A stretch of 62,435 nt of DNA from Aplysia californica (taxonomy: Eukaryota), in the NCBI RefSeq assembly GCF_000002075.1, contig NW_004797486.1, positions 991,806 to 1,054,240 of the forward strand, given 5' to 3'. The position numbers were made by a program, and so were the translations under genes. The notes beneath the pieces were generated by a model, which did not search any database, was not told where the DNA came from, and saw only the letters and a program-made list of their open reading frames with translations. Each line of letters starts with the position of its first letter. Position 1 is the stretch's first letter. Of this stretch, positions 50,401 to 61,566 are shown piece by piece.

Positions 50401-51991
50401 TTAAATTCAGTTTACAGGGTAATGATCATGTTAACTAACATTGATTTTGTTGTTGTAAAAACTCCGGAATTTATTTGATCTAATGGGCACAACAGGGGAC
50501 CCCAGGTGGAACCTCCCGTGAATTGCCGTGACAATATGGATATGCAAAACGCTTTTAATATTATATTACTCTTTTTAATTTGAGTGGGCTCAAGTAAGCT
50601 TTTATCTTTTAATCTGCCTGTAAATTAACATGTTTTTTGAATTTATATGCATATCTGATATTTGTATAAGTACCAGTCTGCTTCTCAGACGGCCTGATTA
50701 CTTATTTGTACGCCTGTTTGAGCACCTTTCAATTTATTCACCTATCTGTCCAAAGACATGTGCTCACAAGCCCATGCATGCATACTTACCTACCTACCTC
50801 NNNNNNNNNNNNNNNNNNNNNNNNNNNNNNNNNNNNNNNNNNNNNNNNNNNNNNNNNNNNNNNNNNNNNNNNNNNNNNNNNNNNNNNNNNNNNNNNNNNN
50901 NNNNNNNNNNNNNNNNNNNNNNNNNNNNNNNNACTTACCTACTTACCTATCTACCTACCTACATACCTACCTACCTACCTACCAGCCTACCTGCCTATCT
51001 AACTACCCTATCTAATATACATGCAAACATATATACATACATACATACATACATACATACATACATACATACATACATACATACATANNNNNNNNNNNNN
51101 NNNNNNNNNNNNNNNNNNNNNNNNNNNNNNNNNNNNNNNNNNNNNNNNNNNNNNNNNNNNNNNNNNNNNNNNNNNNNNNNNNNNNNNNNNNNNNNNNNNN
51201 NNNNNNNNNNNNNNNNNNNNNNNNNNNNNNNNNNNNNNNNNNNNNNNNNNNNNNNNNNNNNNNNNNNNNNNNNNNNNNNNNNNNNNNNNNNNNNNNNNNN
51301 NNNNNNNNNNNNNNNNNNNNNNNNNNNNNNNNNNNNNNNNNNNNNNNNNNNNNNNNNNNNNNNNNNNNNNNNNNNNNNNNNNNNNNNNNNNNNNNNNNNN
51401 NNNNNNNNNNNNNNNNNNNNNNNNNNNNNNNNNNNNNNNNNNNNNNNNNNNNNNNNNNNNNNNNNNNNNNNNNNNNNNNNNNNNNNNNNNNNNNNNNNNN
51501 NNNNNNNNNNNNNNNNNNNNNNNNNNNNNNNNNNNNNNNNNNNNNNNNNNNNNNNNNNNNNNNNNNNNNNNNNNNNNNNNNNNNNNNNNNNNNNNNNNNN
51601 NNNNNNNNNNNNNNNNNNNNNNNNNNNNNNNNNNNNNNNNNNNNNNNNNNNNNNNNNNNNNNNNNNNNNNNNNNNNNNNNNNNNNNNNNNNNNNNNNNNN
51701 NNNNNNNNNNNNNNNNNNNNNNNNNNNNNNNNNNNNNNNNNNNNNNNNNNNNNNNNNNNNNNNNNNNNNNNNNNNNNNNNNNNNNNNNNNNNNNNNNNNN
51801 NNNNNNNNNNNNNNNNNNNNNNNNNNNNNNNNNNNNNNNNNNNNNNNNNNNNNNNNNNNNNNNNNNNNNNNNNNNNNNNNNNNNNNNNNNNNNNNNNNNN
51901 NNNNNNNNNNNNNNNNNNNNNNNNNNNNNNNNNNNNNNNNNNNNNNNNNNNNNNNNNNNNNNNNNNNNNNNNNNNNNNNNNNNNNNNNNNN

Positions 51992-52046
<55 letters not shown>

Positions 52047-55000
52047 TACATACATACATATACTTCTAAGTAAGAAAAAAAGTTATTGACCTTACTTCCT
52101 ACCGCAGTATGGCACACTTTGTTCTAATCTCAAGCACAGAAAGCCTTTTCAACAGGAAGCACTGGAATTTCAGTTTTCGTGTCTTGAGAGCGAAGTAGGA
52201 TAATGCTTTCTTGCTGTTGTATTGTTCTCTCCCTACAGGATGAAGTGGAAGCCCTGAAGTACGTGAATGTCTGCGTGTCTCTGCTAATCGTCGCTTCCTA
52301 TGCCCTGGGACCTAGTAAGTGAACTGAAAACCCACCTCAAATTTTATATTACCAGCAACTTATTACTTTTCTGTCAGCTTCCTTTTTGCCTTCTGGCTGT
52401 AGCTCGTGGGTATTTGTAGGGAATAAACAGGAAAGCCTTACTTTGTTATTTTTTCCCTCGTTTGTATCAATTTCGATTCTTACTTGCTTTAAAAAAACGT
52501 TGCTGTGTCGATTTGCTTTACTGAAAACAAAAAGCAAGAAAAACACGGTAGCGCATTTAGTAACTATTGCCTTGCAGTATGGTATACATTGACTTAATCT
52601 CAAGCATAGAAAGTCGTTTCTTAGTAATCTCTGAAATGTAACAGTCTTGGTGTCTTGAAAGCTAAATTGTACGTGTTAGTGTAAAACATTAATGAGACGA
52701 AATACGAGCTATTATGGGTACAATAAAATCGCAGAAATAAATTGATTACACGACTGCCTAACCCATATCTTAAATATTACGAAACTGTGATCCAAAATGA
52801 AATGTTTAACTCCAGGAACATGTTCCAGACATATTGACAGACCCCATATATTGGCACCTCCGCACCATAAGCCATCTTTAAGTTGTAAATCCCCCATAAG
52901 GCCTCATTCACCAGATATTCCAACCCTATTTGTACATGGGTTTTTTTTCGGACAAAACTGTGAAGTAAGCTAGATTGCTGAACAGCAAGAAACGATGTGA
53001 CTTTGAATAATATTATGGTTTTGAATGAAACGGTTTAATCCTTTTACTGCCATACCGTTTCACCTCGAACCTTGCCTTTTGTACACGTTCAATTTCTCTG
53101 TCCATTTTCACGTCTGACGTGAACATGTACACGTTCAATTTTTCTGTCCATTTTCACGTCTGACGTGAACATATTTCCAAGGTATTTGAATCCTTGTACT
53201 AGTTTTAGTTGTGTGTTGTTGACTTGGATTTTTTAATTGGGTTTGGTTTCTGGCGATTTTTTTCTTGTATTGCATACTGGACTTGATGTATGAAGTTCTG
53301 GCTGCTCTGCTGGGTTAAGGCCTGTTAACACTGCAGGCCAGTCTAGAACATAGATTTGAAGTGTTTGAAAGGAGTTTTGACTGACCCTGTCCACATGGGG
53401 TCGGGCATCACGTTCGCACATTCCATCATCCTTGCCATGTAGGAAATGACATGGAGACGAAGAATTTCGTCACAATGTCACCGTCCTGTCAGGTTACTTT
53501 GAATAGTGACCAAATATGAACAAGGAAGAGCAGAAATTTAACCCAAACACAATCACACTTCCACCACTGATTGAGAAGGTGTTTTACGGCACTATCAACT
53601 CAATTTTGGTCATGTAAGTACCACTTTCACCTTTGAATAGGTCCATTCTTCTCATCATATTATCATTATTATCTAAGTGCACAAGCACCGACGTTTTTGT
53701 AATACCAGTATAAAGCCACAGACCCTGTCAACAATATTGATCGGCCTGTATATTCAAGTGATTGACAGTCTCAAACTTGTAGCCGAGAGTTAGTTTACAT
53801 GTTTATTGTGATATAGATATTTTTCGTGGAGAACGTGATAGTTACATACAAATTGCAAATTTTTGTACACCCTCTATATGACAACCACTACTCACTGGAA
53901 CTGAATGTGGTAGCGATACACTTATGTCATAATACTTGTTGTAAATGGCCTTTTGGGGGCGGGGTGAGGGTAGGGAGGAGGGCACTGGCATGTAGGTTGT
54001 CAGGGATAAATTCTTAGCTTGTTAGCTAACCGTGTAGTTTTGATTCTCTCGGGTATTTCATCAGGTCTCCTTCTTAACGTTTCCAGTAGCTGGAAGTTAG
54101 TCCTCGAGATCGATCCGACCTTTCTGCAATAAAACATTTTAGCTGTCTTACCTTCCTGAGTTGTTTGTGGTTCTAAGCCAGTCTCGATGTTCTGTTCCAA
54201 TCTTCTGTTAGGTCTCCTCCGTTCTTTTTGCCTTCTACCTATGCCTCTAAAATATGTTTCTCGAATGAAATATGGCGTTTGAAATGCCCAAAGTATTTCA
54301 GGTTCATTTTCATAACGTTATGGGGGGGGGGGGGGGGGGGGGTTGTTGGCATTTTTATCCAATTTCTTCTTTATGCTCACTCATACTTTATTTCCAGTCT
54401 CCACGATATTCTTAGTGTACCTCTATATTTCATCTCGAAAACTGTAATCCTGTTTTATGTTGTTCATTGATGGTTCATCCTCCACATCCCTAAATTGCTT
54501 TGGGGAATATGCTTCTTCTTAGAATTGCTATTTTTGTAGCGACTGCAATTCTTCGTTTTACCTCTGGAGTTGTTTTTCAGTTTAACAAGTTTGGCCTCAA
54601 TTCTGGCTCCGAGACCTTCAACTGCCTACCCTTTACATTTTTCCCCCTTATCAATTCTTATCATAGCCTGCTTGCATATTGTCTAGGTCCATGATTTTGG
54701 TCATCTTGACATGACTTGGTGTTCTTGACCATTTAGTGACCTTTGGGGTCACCGCGTTCTTTGACGGAACTAGGAGTGCAGTGTTATTAACAATTTGCAT
54801 TTAAGTCTCTTAGACGTGTTGCTGTTTCGCTGTATTCACCCCTTCTTCTGCCATGTTCGAGTTCCTGCATTATTCCCCGGGTGCATGTCCTGAAGAGATG
54901 GGGGGTAGCACACATTATTGTCTTATGCCTTTTGAAACAGGAAACCATTCAGACGTTCCGCACTGAGGCTGTACAGCCTATTGTTGTCCTTCAGAGAATG

Positions 55001-58000
55001 ATTTGTTCTGATTAATCGGTTTTGAATGAAATTAATTCTTTGCAGTTTGTCACATCATTTGGTCGAATGCTTTTGAATTTTATAATCGATAAAACATTTA
55101 CGCCCCAATAGTTATGAATGATCATGTGTAGGCTGAATGTGTGATATCTTGTCCTTCTGAGCTCGCTAAACCTTGCCTGTGTCTTGCTTACATTTTTGGA
55201 GTTGATTTTAATTCTTTTCATAAGGGCGAAAACATAGAGAACGGCGATTTTGGAGACTGGCTCAGTAAGCGCCGATAGGCATAAAAATTCCCTTATGATT
55301 TCCAACTTGCCAAACATAGAGCTGGCAGACTGCAGGCGGCTTTAAGCTCGAATCGGCGTTGTCGGCTTTATCGGAATCCAGACTACATTCTTTTTACGCC
55401 GAAAAACTGGGAAGGGCGTCTCGCTGTCAACTCTCGACCTCAGTGCTTTCTTGTCCTATCTCCGGTTGAGCGGTTTGCGTGACGTCACCCGACTGGCCAG
55501 GGGACAAATTTAAATGGCCATCTCAGAGCTGGTGCTTCACGGTAGACAAAAACTAATTGCATTTTTTAAAAATTTGCGTCGTCAAATTAGGGTGGCAATA
55601 GAGCAGATTTACATTTTAAGGAATATTTTAGGAATTTCGAGTTTTTATCCCCGAATAAATGCTTCATAAATACTAGCTGTTCTGTGGTGTAATTTTTTTC
55701 TCATATCTAGATCTAGGCTTTAGGTGTCCTCTTTGTGGAGTCAAACAGACACCTACTGGCGCCTGTCCGTGTCGATCTTTAGCCGCTTAAGTTTCGGCGT
55801 TCTCTATGTTATCGCCCTTAAGTTTCGTAAGCGACTGAAGATCGACGCGGACAGGCGCCAGTAGGTGTCTGCTTGACTCCACATAGTGGGCGCCTAAAGC
55901 CTAGATCTAGATTAGAAAAAATGACAACACAACACAGCAGGTATTTGTGAAGCATTTAAAAAACTCGAAATTCCTAAAATATTGCTTAAAATGTAAATCT
56001 GCTCGATTGCCTCCCTAATTTGACGAACGCTGGTTTAAAAAATGTAATTAGTTTTTGTCTACCTTGAAGCACCAGCTGTCCAGTCGGGTGACGTCACGCA
56101 AACCGCTCTACCTGAGTTGGCGACGGCGAGACGGCATGAGTTCATGACCTCAGTGCTTTCTTGTCACATCTCCATTTTTAATAACAGTGAAAGCAGTTCA
56201 CAATTAAGAGTAAGCTTAAGAAGAAGTCAAATTTTCACTGTAAAAAATGGAAATACAACAAGAAAGCACTGAGGTCGCGATTTGACAGCGAGACACCCTT
56301 CTCAGCTTTTCGGCGTAATAAGAATGTAGTTTGGATTCCGATAAAGCCGACTAGGCCGATCCGAGCTCAAAGCCGCCTGCAGTCTGCCAGCTCTATGTTT
56401 GGCAAGTTGGAAATCGTAAGTGAATTTTTATACCTATCGGCGCTAACTGAGCCAGTCTCCAAAATAGGCGTTCTCTATGTTTTCGCCTTAAGGAACGAAC
56501 AAGACACATGCGTCAAACTAGCCGCAGACTAAAGGATTTTTTCGGCATATTGTGAGCCACCATACACAAATCATAAATACAATATGCAATGTATACATGT
56601 ATTTCATTGTGTGCAAGTTATAGTCCGTCTTTTAAAGTCTCAGATAGAGAAAACAATGGGAAAATAAGTATTACACTTCTTTTTTTTTTTAAGCAGCAGG
56701 CCTTCAAGCGTAAAGGAATACTCAGAATGGGCGTCCTCAAAGAGTTAATCGATATTTTACTGATTTAACTGATCATTGATATTGTTCTGTTGTTAAAGCA
56801 TACGTGTAAAACTCCTTTCTCTGGCAATGGTATAAAGATTGCTCTTTCTCAATCTGTTGTCTGTTGTTCGCTTTCCCATATCAACGTTCGGTAATTTCCA
56901 TAGCCTAGGACCCTGGAGTCCTTGGAACCTGAAGCATTTATATTTTTGTGCCTTTACCAATGTGTTTCAGTAAAATCCAAACAGAAATGTGTTTTTTAAT
57001 TGACATAAAAGGTGTTGAGCTGAGCAAAGAAGAAAATTGCATAAAACTTTACCCCCCCCCCCCCCCCAACGAAATGCCGATTTCTTTGATTTCATTATTT
57101 TGACGAGTGCCACTATGTCTCACTTTTTATCAGGTNNNNNNNNNNNNNNNNNNNNNNNNNNNNNNNNNNNNNNNNNNNNNNNNNNNNNNNNNNNNNNNNN
57201 NNNNNNNNNNNNNNNNNNNNNNNNNNNNNNNNNNNNNNNNNNNNNNNNNNNNNNNNNNNNNNNNNNNNNNNNNNNNNNNNNNNNNNNNNNNNNNNNNNNN
57301 NNNNNNNNNNNNNNNNNNNNNNNNNNNNNNNNNNNNNNNNNNNNNNNNNNNNNNNNNNNNNNNNNNNNNNNNNNNNNNNNNNNNNNNNNNNNNCAGTTTG
57401 CTCTACTAGCTTAAAAATTATTATTATTGCCCCCAGCAGACCCAAGAACATCAGCCAATCTCATCCTTTTGAGAGGTGGGAAATTCGTGTACAGTGCCTT
57501 TCCTAAGGACGCACCATAGGGCCGAGTTGAGCCTCGCGAATCCCTCAACCCACAATCTCACAAATCCGGTAGACCATCGACGTCTGCCGGACGTATCCCA
57601 TACAGATTGAATTGCGATGACAAACAGGGAGGAATCAGTCCATCTTCTAATTTAGCTAAATAGTTCTCATGAAGACGCAAAACAGAGACTACCAAATGGC
57701 CAATATTTTATTTATAACGACAGCTGGGCGCTTTGGGGCTCTGAAACTTCGCAACCTTCAATGGCCCCTGTCCTGGTTTATCTGCTCTGTACACAGACTC
57801 ACTGAAGTAAAAGGGGAACATATTAAATATTCACGCACGAAGCCATTTTGGGTGTCCCGGCGCCTGGCGTTTCTGCTCTCTCCGACGCAACGCGGGGGTC
57901 AACATAGGAGAAATTACCAGCAAATTGGCAACGTGAAGGAGTAAACAGAGGAACATGGCTCACAGATCACGCACGCCCAATCCTTCTGTCTGGAGGTCCG

Positions 58001-59802
58001 CACGTACAAATAACACACAGATAAATGCAAGAGCTTTGCAGATGTTGTGACTTTATTAAGTCCGCTCTACGTCTGCGCTGCTCTTTGGTGAATTGTACAG
58101 ATGTTACCGACTTCTCACAAAAAAGAAAGCGTTTATCTTTCCTTAAACCGTGTTAACTCTTATTAAATGGAAGGCTATTCCACCTTTGTTCGCAGCCAAT
58201 TTTATCATCCAATTTTTGGTAACTTTGTGTTGGTTATATTCCCTACAACGCCGCTTCTGTTTTATCATTTTAAATAAAACAAAGACCAAACCAAGTTTTA
58301 AAAAAACCCAACCAAACAAGCGTACAAAACGATTGATGCCATAGTGCACAGTTTAATTATAATTACTGATATGATGAATTTGCTGAGGTTTGATAGATTT
58401 TTGCTATGACTAAACAACCGAGCGATGTCGTACGTCAGCTGAACTGGTATGCCATGAGTTAATGTACTTTGCTCATGTTCATTTTGCCTAACATACAAAC
58501 GCGTATATAGTAAATTCTGTTTCTGTAAGATGTAGTTGTTTTTGTAGTTCTTTCTAATTCAGTGACTTAACGAAAATTGCGTGTTCAGAAAAAAAAATCT
58601 TTCATTTAAATCTTAAAGCCACCCGAAGCAGGTTTGAGCAGGATTTGCTGAACTGGGCGATCACGAACAGCTATTCTCTTTTGTTTATTCTTGCATCCTG
58701 TGTTTCTCCATTCATCCTTTCCCTTAGGACAAACCACTCCGAATAAGAAAGCAAGTGGCACACAAGTAACAAATAAGGTCCTTGATGGCACAGGAACACT
58801 CCACGAAAATTAGGTCGAAATGGAAATAAGGAACACGCCAAAATACGATTGCCATAACATTATGGGGGCTTAGGCCTAGGGAAAATGGGGTCGTTGAAGC
58901 CAAAAAGTAACGCATGGCGATATTACAGGGCCCCTCCCACGACGCTAAGAAGTCAGAAACAGGGTGTAAGAACATATAATATAATAGGCTAGGTCCCACC
59001 CCGTCTACGTTCAAGAATGTTTGAGCTAGAAATGACACTACGTTGGCGTAGCGTTGCTATCACATAGTATTCCCCTTTGGTCTTGTTTAATCTTTTTCGT
59101 TTGGACGTTTATTTGTAGTTGTTTTTTTTCGTAAAATAATGCACGATTAACCTCTGAATCAAAGAGTTCTGGAAACTGGGAACAAACTGTTACTGTAACT
59201 GTGAAATTGAATAATTCATAATACGTTGAAGATAGGAATAACATGTGTGACCAAACACGGACACACACCCACCCACCCCGACCCCCACACAAACAAACAA
59301 ACACACACACACAAACAAACAAACACACATACACACACATACACATACGCTAGGAATAAACCCATTATTGCTAAAAAATAAAGTGCTTTTGTTTCACTCC
59401 AGAGGCTTTCGTTTTTCTTACCATTCCCACGGGGTGGACAGTTTCGCTCTTTCCTCTCAATTTCCAGGTGACGCCATACTTTGCAGTTGTGCATGCAACG
59501 TGTGGGACTTTTCCTAGTATGCAGGAGGCCTCAGACAAATTTTAACAAGATCCTATAACTGCATTTAAATTCTGACTTTCTGAAATTAAATACCTGTTTT
59601 CACTTTGTTCCAGTTTGCGTGTTTTGGACGATGCTGAGTGAGCTCTTCCCCCATAGTGCCAGGAGTGCAGGCTTCGGTGTCGCCGTCACAGGTGCCTTCA
59701 CAGGATACTTCGTTCACTGCTACGTCTTTCCTGAAATGTTGGTCAGTAGGAATAATATTATGTGCGTGCAGCGAGGGGTTTGGAGTGTCTGTGCCCGCTT
59801 GC

Positions 59803-59853
<51 letters not shown>

Positions 59854-60948
59854 NNNNNNNNNNNNNNNNNNNNNNNNNNNNNNNNNNNNNNNNNNNNNNN
59901 NNNNNNNNNNNNNNNNNNNNNNNNNNNNNNNNNNNNNNNNNNNNNNNNNNNNNGTTTGTGTGTGCGCGTGTGTGTAAGTGTTTTTTACTCCCCAATCGAA
60001 TTGAGATAATATTTTACGATTCGGGCTTCCGACCTTGAATGAAAGTGATACAAGCCAGCCGGAGAAGCAGCGACTATTCTTTAATACAGGAAAAAAATTC
60101 GTCGGTGAACGACGACTGGGCTGAGCCAAAACCTCGTTATTTTCAGAACATGAGCTACGTTTTAGACTATTGAGTATTTTTCACGTGAAAGTAAAAGTGT
60201 GATGACTCGAAACACCCCAGATTGCGTACTATAAAAAAGNNNNNNNNNNNNNNNNNNNNNNNNNNNNNNNNNNNNNNNNNNNNNNNNNNNNNNNNNNNNN
60301 NNNNNNNNNNNNNNNNNNNNNNNNNNNNNNNNNNNNNNNNNNNNNNNNNNNNNNNNNNNNNNNNNNNNNNNNNNNNNNNNNNNNNNNNNNNNNNNNNNNN
60401 NNNNNNNNNNNNNNNNNNNNNNNNNNNNNNNNNNNNNNNNNNNNNNNNGGCGCTCGCAACTGCATGAGGTCATATGAGTGCGCAGGACACACCAAATATT
60501 TTCAGTTGGTAGGACATTTTGAATTTTGCTCTGGTGGCGGCCGAAGCCTACTTTAATTGATTTTGGACCACCAAGGGATCTTACTTAAACATGCGCAACT
60601 TGCACACGGGACCTCCGATATTTTTCGCCCTTAATGTCCGAGAAATCTAGGTGTAGATCTTTCCTACCAGAAGATCAGGGGTGTGGCTGAAAGACAGCAG
60701 TAAGAAGGAGCCAAGGAGAAGCTGTGGAAAGGCTGCAGAAAGAGTCAGGAGCCCTGAGGAGGGGGCACAGGGGGTGAGGGGGTAGGGGCAGAAAGTGGAG
60801 ACGAAAACAGATGACAGAATGTTACTAGAGAGCAGGAAAAGGGGTGAAAGGTGACAATTTTGGATACGAACATTTTTCCATCGCTACCCGGATCGAACCC
60901 GGGACCTTTGAATGAGAGGCGAACACCTTAATGCCAGGAAAGCCCCTT

Positions 60949-61009
<61 letters not shown>

Positions 61010-61522
61010 CAGATAGATAGATAGATACTGATGAGAACATGAAATGTTAAGTCTAGGATTTGCATGGAAGGTCTGTTTTTGAATCTGTTTGAAAATATCA
61101 CTAGGAGATAAGGTTCATTGGAGAGACAATAAGACCCTCCATTCATATGATAGTCAATACATGTCCTTTCCACCAAAGTCAACATACGTCCGAACACATT
61201 TTTACGTTGTTGTTTTTTTAATTAGAGACCAGCACAGTTTGCCAAGTCTAATTTTTTTAAGGTCAATTTTGAGTAACTGTATCTCGAGCGACTCTTAACA
61301 TGTATACAAATTTAATACTATTGTGTCAGATTATGCAGAATTTATATAGTTTTAAATTGGTATGCTGCATGTGTGTGTAGTGCAAGGCTTTTTCTTTTGG
61401 ACACCGCTGTATATACAATGTTTATAGGTGTGTATGAGTGCGTATCTTTCTCTGTCTCGCTTCTCTATCTGTCTGTCCCTCTCTTTCTGTAAGCGTGGGC
61501 GCGCTGTGTGTGTGTGTATGTA

Positions 61523-61566
<44 letters not shown>

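Noticed and set aside
50630-52117. Long ORFs of 347-479 aa in the ORF track
   Set aside because: Artefacts of N-runs and tetranucleotide satellites; the same applies to other X-containing ORFs at 14.4, 21-22, 38, 48.7, 57 and 60 kb
60875-60947. Possible tRNA-Glu(CTC) gene
   Set aside because: B box present but acceptor stem and D arm cannot be formed; treated as SINE head or pseudogene
61028-61060. CTGATGA...GAAA hammerhead-ribozyme-like core
   Set aside because: No stem I or stem II complementarity can be formed; other CTGANGA sites inspected also lacked stems
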